DNA of 64,000 nucleotides from a virus (Duplodnaviria; Caudoviricetes): IMG/VR virus record IMGVR_UViG_3300042891_001512, positions 47,346 to 111,345 of that record; one strand, 5' to 3'. Shown piece by piece: positions 9,577 to 18,603 of this stretch (position 1 is its first letter; each line of letters starts with the position of its first letter). The notes under the pieces were generated by a model. It saw only the letters and a program-made list of their open reading frames with translations, ran no database searches and was not told where the DNA came from. The position numbers and the translations under genes were made by a program.

Positions 9577-10473
9577 ATGAATAATTTAAATTTTTGTTTT
9601 AAAAATTTATCTTTTAATCAAATATTAGAAAATAAAAAATTTTATCAAAAAAAACTAATTGATAATAAATTAGTTGGTTTTAAAAAAATAGAATTATCAG
9701 ATAGTGAATATGAAAAAATTTGCACTGTTGTTTCGGGGGTTGACCAGTTGTATTGGTTAAAAAAAAAGAATCACTCCACTTTGTATCAGCCAGATAAAGA
9801 AACTCTTACGGAAAAAAGTATAAAAAATTTTAGAGATTGGTGTATGCATTTAGACGTAACTCCAGTAATTGATGGCATGAATAATAACCTTGATAATTAT
9901 GGGCATACATCTTATGTTTCAATGAATATGAAGACATTTAAGTGTAACAAAAAATATGGAAAAACTGTTTTTTTAGATTTAATAAAGTTAAACAATTCTT
10001 GTCCAGATTATTTTAAAGAAAAATTGTTAGAATCTAAATTAGAATATCACATAAGTAAAGCTAAAGATTTTAATATTGATGCACCAAAAAAGCCACCAGT
10101 TAACAGAGCAGACTATAATTCAGATCTAGAGGCAGAAATAGCCAACGCAAAGATTGATCCTCTTTCTGGAATCTTTTATCCATTTAGAACTCATCCTATA
10201 ACAAAAGAAACAATTTTATTTTGGCCTACATATTTAAGCTCTCAATTAGTCGGCGGCTCTAAGCCTTGGTTTGAAGAATTTAAGTTATGGATAAAAAATT
10301 ATCTTGACGAAAAAAACAATTGGGACGAATGGGAGTGGAGTAAAAACGATATTATAATTTTCGACAACAGATGTATGCTTCACTCGTTTACTCCTGGCTG
10401 GAAGCCAAAAGAAAGAATTTTTGATCAAATTATTTTAGGTTCTAGTGTACAAATTTTTGAGGGTTTAAGATAG
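9577..10473 (+). CDS. TauD/TfdA-family 2OG dioxygenase
   Basis: HLD...GKTVFLD...HPITKE...W...DIIIFDNRCMLH...R. Confidence 0.85.
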   Translation: MNNLNFCFKNLSFNQILENKKFYQKKLIDNKLVGFKKIELSDSEYEKICTVVSGVDQLYWLKKKNHSTLYQPDKETLTEKSIKNFRDWCMHLDVTPVIDGMNNNLDNYGHTSYVSMNMKTFKCNKKYGKTVFLDLIKLNNSCPDYFKEKLLESKLEYHISKAKDFNIDAPKKPPVNRADYNSDLEAEIANAKIDPLSGIFYPFRTHPITKETILFWPTYLSSQLVGGSKPWFEEFKLWIKNYLDEKNNWDEWEWSKNDIIIFDNRCMLHSFTPGWKPKERIFDQIILGSSVQIFEGLR

Positions 10474-10474
10474 T

Positions 10475-11209
10475 ATGATACCAAAAATAATATGGCAAAC
10501 TCATAGTTTCTTACTTGAGGATCTCCCCCTCTTTGCTAAGGGCCCCATGCTATCTTGGATTGAGCAGAATAAAGATTATACCCATAATTATGTAAACCAT
10601 TTTGAAAGAGAATCTTTTATATATAATATTTTTGGAGAAGATTGGCTTAACTTCTATAAGCAATGTCAGTCGCAAGTTTTTCAAGCTGACATGTGGAGAG
10701 TCTTATGTCTGTACGAACACGGTGGCATATACGCAGACATGGATACGATATGTCTGTCTGGTATAGATTCTTTTTTAGATTTAAATAAAGATTTTATTTG
10801 TGAAGCTGGTTTTCCAAAAACACATGGGTGGATAAATACTTCAATTTTTGCTAGCGAACCTAAAGGAAAGTTTATAACAAAATTAAAAGATCTTTTGTAT
10901 AAAAGATGCAAAGAGAAGGATGGAGAACCAATAACGGTTGAAGATTGTGGACCGTTAGCATTTAGTGAAGCAATGGATAAATATATGGATGACGGATGCG
11001 ACATGTCGGACATTAGTTTATGCGAGTTTAATTATCCAGTTAATAATAAAGAATCTGTTTTACAAATTTTTGGGTCGACTACTTGGAATGATGTTAAATG
11101 GGGTTTTGATTTTTCTTATTTAAATGAAATATATAGTTCAATTATAAAAGATTCAAAAACAGATATTAAAATTTATACCAAAACAGGTCATGGTGGCTGG
11201 AATGTTTGA
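10475..11209 (+). CDS. DxD glycosyltransferase (GT32 / Och1-like)
   Basis: MIPKIIWQT...ADMWRVLCLYEHGGIYADMD...CGP. Confidence 0.9.
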   Translation: MIPKIIWQTHSFLLEDLPLFAKGPMLSWIEQNKDYTHNYVNHFERESFIYNIFGEDWLNFYKQCQSQVFQADMWRVLCLYEHGGIYADMDTICLSGIDSFLDLNKDFICEAGFPKTHGWINTSIFASEPKGKFITKLKDLLYKRCKEKDGEPITVEDCGPLAFSEAMDKYMDDGCDMSDISLCEFNYPVNNKESVLQIFGSTTWNDVKWGFDFSYLNEIYSSIIKDSKTDIKIYTKTGHGGWNV

Positions 11210-12212
11210 TGAAGATATTCTTAAAAAATTAAAAACAAATAAAATAACTAATTTACAGATAGATCCTTTTGGCTATTGTAACGCAAAATGTTGGTTTTGC
11301 CCTGTGGCATATAGAAAAATGCCTGCGCGTACCGCAAAGCATATGAGTCCAGATTTATTTGAAAAAATAATTCAAAACATAGTGCATGAAAAAGAAAAAC
11401 TTAATGGAATTGTTTCTACTAATTTTAATCATTTTTATACAGCACATTATAATGAAATCTTATTGTATAAATATTTAGAAGAAATGTTAAATACAGCTCA
11501 AAAATATAATCTAAAAACATCAATTTTATCTAATGGAACAAATTTTACTGAAAAAAAAATTGAAATATTAAAAAAATATGAAAACACAATAGCTGGCATT
11601 TATTTAAACATACCAGCTTTTGAAGAAAGCCTTTGGAAAGAAAGATCAGGAATAAAAAATAAATCATTTGAAGATTTAAGAAAAAATATTATTAATTTAA
11701 TGAAAGTTTTTCCAGAAATGGTAAAGGAAAAAAAAATATGTGTTGGAGTTAATATACCCAATGAGCAGTCCGTAGACAGTTTATCGCTAGGAAAAAATGC
11801 ACCTAGCATTGACATCTCGCAATATGGTGAATCTTTTAATCAAATAAAAATGGCTAAAAAAATGTTTGATGGTTTAACGGTTTATTCTTCTCCAAATTTA
11901 ACTGATCGTTCTGGATTTTTATCTAAAGAAAAAATAATAGATAATAATAAACTTATACAAATAAATAAATATTCAAAAAAAGAAGTTAAAGATTGTAACC
12001 TAGGAGAAGACGGAAGATTGTACGGTTGGGTGCATGTAAATTCGCTAGGAGAAACATTTATATGTTGTAACGATTATGACTATGAGTATGTTTTTGGTTC
12101 ATTACAAAATAAAGAATTAAGTGAAATTTGGTTTAGCAAAGAACATATTGAAACAATTAAAAGATCATTAGAAACAATGTGTAAAAAATGTTGCAACGCA
12201 GTGTGGGAGTGA
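11202..12212 (+). CDS. Radical SAM protein with SPASM/twitch domain
   Basis: CNAKCWFC motif; C-terminal C...GETFICCND...FGSL...IW...CKKCC. Confidence 0.9.
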   Translation: MFDEDILKKLKTNKITNLQIDPFGYCNAKCWFCPVAYRKMPARTAKHMSPDLFEKIIQNIVHEKEKLNGIVSTNFNHFYTAHYNEILLYKYLEEMLNTAQKYNLKTSILSNGTNFTEKKIEILKKYENTIAGIYLNIPAFEESLWKERSGIKNKSFEDLRKNIINLMKVFPEMVKEKKICVGVNIPNEQSVDSLSLGKNAPSIDISQYGESFNQIKMAKKMFDGLTVYSSPNLTDRSGFLSKEKIIDNNKLIQINKYSKKEVKDCNLGEDGRLYGWVHVNSLGETFICCNDYDYEYVFGSLQNKELSEIWFSKEHIETIKRSLETMCKKCCNAVWE

Positions 12213-12218
12213 AAGTAT

Positions 12219-12587
12219 ATGGCTTATGAGATGATAGGCGAGAGTCCAACATCCGCAGTGGGGCTGTGTGTTAGATTAAATATTTGGAAATGGTATGAGT
12301 TTGTCAGAATGATTAGCTATTTTAATATAATCTCTGATTTAGAAATTTCGTCCTGGATGACAAATGATCAGGTTGAATTGTCCAGTGAGGAAGCAATATT
12401 ATTATCGGAAAATATAAAATCAAATCTTGATAACTTTGATTATTTTATAAATGAACTTTACAAAGAAGACATCCCCTATTCACACATGCCGTGGCACAGA
12501 GAAGTTTGTTGTCCAATTTTAAATGGATCTGACATCAAATATGTGCTATTATTTTTAGAATCATGTGGTGGGTTTAAGGTTAGATGA
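12219..12587 (+). CDS. Hypothetical phage protein
   Basis: Fills the gap between coupled genes; RLNIWKW...FLESCGGF. Confidence 0.7.
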   Translation: MAYEMIGESPTSAVGLCVRLNIWKWYEFVRMISYFNIISDLEISSWMTNDQVELSSEEAILLSENIKSNLDNFDYFINELYKEDIPYSHMPWHREVCCPILNGSDIKYVLLFLESCGGFKVR

Positions 12588-13348
12588 AGGTGGAAAGAAT
12601 GTATAAGCCGAGAATAATTGTATTTACCGATTTTCTACCAAAGGAAGATTGGGAAGTTGTAGATAAGTATTGTAGAGATAATAAAGAAAAATTTCCATAT
12701 GTCGGTTACGGTTCTCCGGTTAGATGGAAGATAGAGGAGCATTCTAAAAATCCAGATATTAAATATATTCGTTCTTTTTTAATTTCAGAAGAAGAATACG
12801 ATCTATACATGAAGGGTGAAATACCGGAGCCTTATCCAAACGATACAAAGCATGGCGACAACTATGTAATGTCGGTAGAAGAGATCCAAAAGGTTGAGGA
12901 AGAGCCACCTGTAACTGCACTCATGCACCATTCTAAATGGCCAAATAGCTTACTGCAAAATAAAACATTTGACATTATAAGCGGTTACCTGTCTGGTGTC
13001 GTAAGTATAGTAAAAGAAGTATATGGCGAAGATTGTTTCAGTGAAAGTGGCCCTTGGATAGCGGTAGCTAGAGAAGGTGGCTATATGAATATGCACTGTG
13101 ACGGAACGTTTATACATAACAGGGACGCCATTACACAGTATTCTAGCGTGTATTACATCAATGACGATTATGAGGGCGGCGAATTCAATATGCCGCTGAT
13201 GGGCTTTAAGCTTAAACCTAAAGCAAATTCGCTTCTTATTTTTACCCATTCTTCCCATGAAGATATGGCGCATGAGGTAACACCAGTTTTATCTGGTGAT
13301 CGTTTTGTTTCACAAGGATTTTTTGCCATTACAAAAACCAATAGCTGA
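12584..13348 (+). CDS. 2OG-Fe(II) dioxygenase, prolyl-4-hydroxylase-like
   Basis: HCD...YINDDYEGGEF...HEVTPVLSGDRF. Confidence 0.9.
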   Translation: MKVERMYKPRIIVFTDFLPKEDWEVVDKYCRDNKEKFPYVGYGSPVRWKIEEHSKNPDIKYIRSFLISEEEYDLYMKGEIPEPYPNDTKHGDNYVMSVEEIQKVEEEPPVTALMHHSKWPNSLLQNKTFDIISGYLSGVVSIVKEVYGEDCFSESGPWIAVAREGGYMNMHCDGTFIHNRDAITQYSSVYYINDDYEGGEFNMPLMGFKLKPKANSLLIFTHSSHEDMAHEVTPVLSGDRFVSQGFFAITKTNS

Positions 13349-13359
13349 TGTGGTATAAT
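13349..13359 (+). promoter_or_regulatory. Extended -10 promoter
   Basis: TGTGGTATAAT, then an AAGGAG RBS and ATG 13382. Confidence 0.65.
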
Positions 13360-13381
13360 TAAAAAGACAAAGGAGACAAGT

Positions 13382-13591
13382 ATGCAACTCAATAATTACG
13401 ATTCACAAAAAGCTAAAGATCAAGCTAAATCTTTCTTGGAAAAATCAATACAGACTTTAAGTTTGCTGCTGGATGTAAACTATGAAAATTTAAATAAAGA
13501 TTCAAAAAATCCATTTAGCGAAAGCCTTCCTCAGCACAACGCATTTAATTGTCTTATAGATGAGATAGTTTCTTATAGGAAAATAGTTTAA
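13382..13591 (+). CDS. Small helical protein, cassette gene A'
   Basis: Strong RBS; similar to 5126..5284. Confidence 0.8.
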   Translation: MQLNNYDSQKAKDQAKSFLEKSIQTLSLLLDVNYENLNKDSKNPFSESLPQHNAFNCLIDEIVSYRKIV

Positions 13592-13593
13592 TT

Positions 13594-13788
13594 ATGAGTA
13601 GTATAGGTGAGCCAAATAGTTTTGGAATGGAAACAAGACAAGGGGAATCTATAACTGATACCCCAGACTGGGACAACGAAATTATAGAGTGGGACTCTGC
13701 GACTGGGATATATTATGTTGCCGGCAAACCGGTCAGCATGTGTCAAGGTGTTGCAATGTTTAAGGAAGAAAAAAAAGAAGATGAATAA
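13594..13788 (+). CDS. Small acidic hypothetical protein, cassette gene B'
   Basis: Tightly packed between A' and C'; positional equivalent of 5274..5480. Confidence 0.65.
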   Translation: MSSIGEPNSFGMETRQGESITDTPDWDNEIIEWDSATGIYYVAGKPVSMCQGVAMFKEEKKEDE

Positions 13789-14062
13789 GTATAGGCCGCT
13801 AGAAGATCTGGAGCACCGTTCCCAACACTTGGCATCTTTTTTGTTTATTCTTGGAATTGATGAAGATGATTTTGAATCTACCAAAATAGATGATGTTATA
13901 AATCTTATTAGGAATAGATACGTGTACAAACACAGCCATCCAGATTACAATATAGCGGTTCAAGAATACGTTAAAAAACAAAGTATTGTTTTAAATAGGG
14001 GAGTTAGAAGAGCTTGGTTTGATGTGCAAGTTGCTTCGTACGAGGTGCAAAATGTCGGGTGA
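13781..14062 (+). CDS. Hypothetical protein, cassette gene C'
   Basis: MNKYRPLEDLEH...ILGIDEDD...IDDVIN...RRAWF aligns with MKTYNAEKDLEY...IIGLNPKN...IDQIIN...RRIWY. Confidence 0.75.
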   Translation: MNKYRPLEDLEHRSQHLASFLFILGIDEDDFESTKIDDVINLIRNRYVYKHSHPDYNIAVQEYVKKQSIVLNRGVRRAWFDVQVASYEVQNVG

Positions 14063-14792
14063 TAAAAAGTATGAACCACAGTTATCTTTTGATTTTACTA
14101 GCTGGGAATATGATTGGCGATCATATGCTAATGAGTCTACGAAAAAAGATGGACCAGAGTCAGTAGCAATTTCTGATTATTTATTTAATACAGTTGGTGT
14201 AGATAGAAGAAATATAGCTACTGGCGGGGCCAGTGATTATGAATTTGTTATACATTACCCAAGACCAAATTTAGCTGACTCATACGGTCAATCTCAGTGG
14301 ATGCCGATACTATTAATTCAGATGCTAATGGATATTAGTAGAGGCAAGAATATACTGGCATTGTCGGGGGGGCTAGATAGATTTAGATTGAAGCCTTTTC
14401 AGGATATCTACGGGTCTAATATATATATGTTGAATAATAAAAAAACAGCAATGTATGAAAAGTTCCAAAAAGAAAATACTCCAATAGAATATGATGTTGT
14501 TAGCCATCAGGATCTAGAAAAAGACAATTGCAATAATTATATGTTTGATATGATTGTGGGATGGTCACAGGACATGGAGAATCCCTTTGTGCCTGTACAT
14601 TTTTATCTTGATAGATTAAATACAGGTGGGATTCTAGTGATCCAAAATTCATCAGATAGCATTTTTCTTTACCAAAATGATACTCAGGCATCTCCTGTTT
14701 GGGAGTATCACAATGAGATAAAGTCAAGAAAAGACTGCAACATGTATCACATACCTTTGTTTTATGGGGTTACAGTTGTCATTAAACAATAA
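14052..14792 (+). CDS. Degenerate SAM-methyltransferase-fold protein, cassette gene D'
   Basis: GAGGTG RBS; FDMIVG...LNTGGILVI; paralogue of 5766..6464. Confidence 0.6.
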   Translation: MSGDKKYEPQLSFDFTSWEYDWRSYANESTKKDGPESVAISDYLFNTVGVDRRNIATGGASDYEFVIHYPRPNLADSYGQSQWMPILLIQMLMDISRGKNILALSGGLDRFRLKPFQDIYGSNIYMLNNKKTAMYEKFQKENTPIEYDVVSHQDLEKDNCNNYMFDMIVGWSQDMENPFVPVHFYLDRLNTGGILVIQNSSDSIFLYQNDTQASPVWEYHNEIKSRKDCNMYHIPLFYGVTVVIKQ

Positions 14793-14796
14793 TAGG

Positions 14797-14805
14797 TGAT
14801 ATAAT
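14797..14805 (+). promoter_or_regulatory. Extended -10 promoter, probable leaderless transcript
   Basis: TGATATAAT followed by 6 nt and then ATG 14812. Confidence 0.55.
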
Positions 14806-14811
14806 TGTTTT

Positions 14812-15108
14812 ATGATTACTAAATGGAAAGCAACAGTGGTTAATCCACTTGGAACAGAAAAATACAGTGTAAACCTGGACAGTACGGATGACTTAGCCAC
14901 CGCTACGGCGTCAAGCGAAAAGGGTACCGTTCAGTTTGTGCAAACACAAAGCCTAAGTCCTCTATTCGCCGCAAACATAGAAGCTCCAATGAAAACAAGA
15001 TTAGAGCTAGAATTTAGCACCAATGATTTTACCTCAAAAGATATGTCAGCTGTTTTAAGGGTAGGAGATTTTTCTAGTATGAAAGTAGATTTGGTTAGAT
15101 ATGAATAA
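14812..15108 (+). CDS. Small beta-rich hypothetical protein
   Basis: Follows a promoter and overlaps the next gene. Confidence 0.7.
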   Translation: MITKWKATVVNPLGTEKYSVNLDSTDDLATATASSEKGTVQFVQTQSLSPLFAANIEAPMKTRLELEFSTNDFTSKDMSAVLRVGDFSSMKVDLVRYE

Positions 15109-15721
15109 TTCAGCATACGATATTGAGCTATTGTCAATCGACGGCTCATATGACATTATGGGGTCAATGAAGGGCAAATTAACTCTTGTAACAAATATAG
15201 CTTCAAAATTAGGCTATGATCCTAAGTGTAGTGTAACTTTTTCTTACGCAAGAACTTGTAAATATTTATGGGAACTTGAATTCATTTATCAAAAATATAA
15301 AGATCAAGGCTTTAGCGTCGTTGGTATACCATGTAATCAATTTGGGAAACAAGAGCCAAAAGAGAATAACGAAATAGAAGCTTTTATCAAAGAAGCTTAT
15401 CCTTTTGTAAGTTTTCCTATTTCTCAAAAAATAGAAGTTAACGGCAAAAATGAACATCCGCTTTATTCTTTTTTAAAGGGACCAGAAAAAAGAGGATATT
15501 CAGACACTACCGCAGACAGCAGCGATGCAGCTATTGAAGGACAGAATTTAGTTGGTCAGGCAATAGCAAGAATTCCACATAGCTACGAAAAATTCTTATT
15601 AAGCCCTCAAGGAATGTTTATTACTAGATTTAATTGGCAAGATGGACCACTAGATGAGGAGCCTAGAGTTATGGGCGCTGGTTGGACCATTATGGAAGCA
15701 ATAGAGGAGATGCTAGGATGA
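15101..15721 (+). CDS. Glutathione peroxidase-like protein with altered active site
   Basis: GKLTLVTNIASKLG, GIPCNQFGKQEP, KIEVNGKNEHPLYSFLK, SYEKFL. Confidence 0.85.
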   Translation: MNNSAYDIELLSIDGSYDIMGSMKGKLTLVTNIASKLGYDPKCSVTFSYARTCKYLWELEFIYQKYKDQGFSVVGIPCNQFGKQEPKENNEIEAFIKEAYPFVSFPISQKIEVNGKNEHPLYSFLKGPEKRGYSDTTADSSDAAIEGQNLVGQAIARIPHSYEKFLLSPQGMFITRFNWQDGPLDEEPRVMGAGWTIMEAIEEMLG

Positions 15722-16815
15722 GCTACAATATAGAGTCAGAAAATTCCCAAATTAGAGATGTAGCGTTCCCCTCTAGCCCACCCCTTAATGAGGACACTGT
15801 AAAAGAAATATCCACAATTGAATGCGAAATTCTTGGCCCAGGTGTCGTGGTTTTTAGAAACGCTTTTCAGATAGATCAGGACGCAGTGCTAACGCATATT
15901 GATTCTAATGCAGAAGAAGCGCATAAAACCCGATGGGAATATGTTGAGGTTGATGGCGTAAAAATGGGCATCAATGAAGATGGCTTTAGGTATAGGATGG
16001 AAGACGTACCAGCAGCACCGATAAGATTGCTTGACCCGGTAAACGAATCTACGCCTAAAGAAGTAGAAGAGTTTCTATACACTTTGGAAGACCAAATATA
16101 CAAGTGTCTGATAAAGTACATAGACCACTACCCCCTGATGCTTGGTAGCATATGGTGGAAGACAAGAGGCCATATATTACGCTATGGAGATGGTGGAAGA
16201 CTTGGTTGTCACGCAGATAATGATACTAATTATAAGGTGACAAAAGGCGTTAGGTATATGCCAAAGGGTATGGTCGCATCAAGACAAACATGCGGTGCTT
16301 TAATTTACCTAAATGATTGCGTAGATTCTGAAGAAGAATTAAATGGAAGAAATTTTACAGGCGGACATCTTAGGTTTGTTCATTTGGGAATTTCTTATAA
16401 GCCAAGAAAAGGTGACATAATATTCTTCCCAACAAATTACGTCGCGTCCCACGATGTAGAAACTATGGGTAAGGGTGTTAGATATAGTTATTTAACTTTT
16501 TTTGGTCAAGGCGCAAATGATAAGAGCGCAAATATTATGATAGTTGAACCAGATGAAAGTTTCCAATGGTGTCCTCCTGTTTGGTTGAATAATATATATG
16601 ATGATTATGAAATGTATTGCAAATCTCCATATTCTATTTTTTCTGATCCAGGAAAAAACAATGTAGAAGTTGGTTGGAACCCAGTTTACCAAGGAAGAGA
16701 AGTCGCACAGTACAGCACATCACACGATGCGGTTGAGGTTGAAGAAGCTAAAGCTGATACTGTATCCGAAGATCTACCAGAAGGACCATGCGGTACTGAA
16801 GCTGTAAGAATCTAA
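15718..16815 (+). CDS. 2OG-Fe(II) dioxygenase, tandem paralogue 1 of 4
   Basis: WWKTRGHI...HAD...YLND...GGHL...FPTNYVASHDV...R; ATGA overlap. Confidence 0.9.
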   Translation: MSYNIESENSQIRDVAFPSSPPLNEDTVKEISTIECEILGPGVVVFRNAFQIDQDAVLTHIDSNAEEAHKTRWEYVEVDGVKMGINEDGFRYRMEDVPAAPIRLLDPVNESTPKEVEEFLYTLEDQIYKCLIKYIDHYPLMLGSIWWKTRGHILRYGDGGRLGCHADNDTNYKVTKGVRYMPKGMVASRQTCGALIYLNDCVDSEEELNGRNFTGGHLRFVHLGISYKPRKGDIIFFPTNYVASHDVETMGKGVRYSYLTFFGQGANDKSANIMIVEPDESFQWCPPVWLNNIYDDYEMYCKSPYSIFSDPGKNNVEVGWNPVYQGREVAQYSTSHDAVEVEEAKADTVSEDLPEGPCGTEAVRI

Positions 16816-16819
16816 TATT

Positions 16820-17734
16820 ATGAAAATAGAAAAATTAGGAACTGGAATTGTCCTATTCCAAAATGTTATCAACATGGAAGAATACCCTGAGATAATACCT
16901 TTCATAAAATCATTAAAGCAAAAGGCAGTAGAAGAAGATTATACGATAATTAAAAATGAACGCAATGAAAGTGTATATGCCATAAATAGAAGTGGGCATA
17001 GATATGCAATAGAGGATATAGAAAAAAGCTCTAGCCACATTATGAATTTTTTAGATAATAATGATTCTGATAAAATAGAATTGTTTTTTATTGAATGCGA
17101 AAGAGCTTTTAGGCAGTGCCTTCTTCAATACCTTGAGATATATCCGATGGCTCTTCCAAGTATATGGTGGAGAACTCAGGGGCATATATTAGCATATGGC
17201 CCAGGGAGCGACATGGGTCTCCATAGCGACAATGATGTTAACTACCAGCCTGGATTTGAACCAGATCTTCAAGTGGCGACTAGAAGTGTTTTGGGGTCTA
17301 TCTTGTATTTTAATACATCTGTAGATTCAAAAGAAGAGATTATAAAAGATGAATATCTTGGCGGACATATAGTGTTCCCGTATTGTGATGTTGATTATTC
17401 TCCAAAAGCAGGAGATTTACTAATGTTTCCATCTAACTTCATTGCCTCACACGAGGTTAAGGAATGTTATGAAGGTGGAAGATATGCCTATATTGGTTAT
17501 TATTCTCATGGTTCGGAGCATATAGAAAGAGGCATACAATTAATTAATGGGGATCTACCTGTTGGAAAACAGGGTCAAATATGGATGCCAGAGATAGTTG
17601 AAGAATATAAAGAATATATATACAATAAATACCCTGATAAGCCTGAAGATTTTTATGGCGATTTGCTCCAGGCAACCAAAAGAATGTATAATAGCGCTAA
17701 TACACTAAAGGAAGTAAACCATGAAATTCAATGA
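16820..17734 (+). CDS. 2OG-Fe(II) dioxygenase, tandem paralogue 2 of 4
   Basis: WWRTQGHI...HSD...FPSNFIASHEV...R. Confidence 0.9.
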   Translation: MKIEKLGTGIVLFQNVINMEEYPEIIPFIKSLKQKAVEEDYTIIKNERNESVYAINRSGHRYAIEDIEKSSSHIMNFLDNNDSDKIELFFIECERAFRQCLLQYLEIYPMALPSIWWRTQGHILAYGPGSDMGLHSDNDVNYQPGFEPDLQVATRSVLGSILYFNTSVDSKEEIIKDEYLGGHIVFPYCDVDYSPKAGDLLMFPSNFIASHEVKECYEGGRYAYIGYYSHGSEHIERGIQLINGDLPVGKQGQIWMPEIVEEYKEYIYNKYPDKPEDFYGDLLQATKRMYNSANTLKEVNHEIQ

Positions 17735-18602
17735 CGTTGATGCAAAGCATCTGGGTGGCGGTGTAGTTTTATTTGAATCAGCAATCGATATTGATTGGGA
17801 TTACATTAGAGGGTTTAGTAGAGACGCTATTAATAAAGAAAAAGAAGAAATGTATGTCCCCGCTGTAGATCCAGAAACCGGCGATGAAATCTACCTTAAT
17901 AAAAGTGGGTACTTTTTTGGCAAAGATAGTATTGACCAAATGCCAGGAAGAGGATCAGCGATACATAGATATAGTGACGAAAAGATAAAAGAAATATTTG
18001 ATTTTGTAGAAGAATCAAAAGATAAGTATTTGCTCAAGTATTTTGAACTGTTCCCTTTGGCATTTAAATGCGTATGGTGGAAGGTTAAAGGACACATAGT
18101 TCAGTACAAGAAGGATGTTTATTTGGGCAGCCATTCCGATGTTAGTGCAGATTACATATATGACGTTTGGACACCTAAAGACCAACTCGCGACTAGAAAT
18201 ACAATAAGCAATGTATTCTACTTAACCTCTTGCGTTGACACTGTAGAGGAGTTAGATGGCACAAATTTTGTTGGAGGCCATCATTATTTTAATTATTTAG
18301 ATATAAATGTAAAACCAAAAAAAGGTGATCTATTGATGTTCCCTTCTAATTTTATGGCAGCACATGAAGTCAAGCCAGTAGAGGATGGAGAAAGATACTC
18401 TTATCTTGGCTGGTACAGCCATGGAACCCCAAATAGTGAGGTTGGGGAATCAGTTGTTGACCCAGGAAAAGAGCTAGAACTAGCAAAAAATGCCACCAAC
18501 CTCTACATGCCTACCCTGGTTTCTGACTATAGAAGCTACCTTTTATCAAAGGGTTATGATGAATCGTCCGAGCAGTTTATGTTAACAAGATCGAATTATT
18601 AA
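17721..18602 (+). CDS. 2OG-Fe(II) dioxygenase, tandem paralogue 3 of 4
   Basis: WWKVKGHI...HSD...FPSNFMAAHEV...R. Confidence 0.9.
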   Translation: MKFNDVDAKHLGGGVVLFESAIDIDWDYIRGFSRDAINKEKEEMYVPAVDPETGDEIYLNKSGYFFGKDSIDQMPGRGSAIHRYSDEKIKEIFDFVEESKDKYLLKYFELFPLAFKCVWWKVKGHIVQYKKDVYLGSHSDVSADYIYDVWTPKDQLATRNTISNVFYLTSCVDTVEELDGTNFVGGHHYFNYLDINVKPKKGDLLMFPSNFMAAHEVKPVEDGERYSYLGWYSHGTPNSEVGESVVDPGKELELAKNATNLYMPTLVSDYRSYLLSKGYDESSEQFMLTRSNY

Positions 18603-18603
18603 T

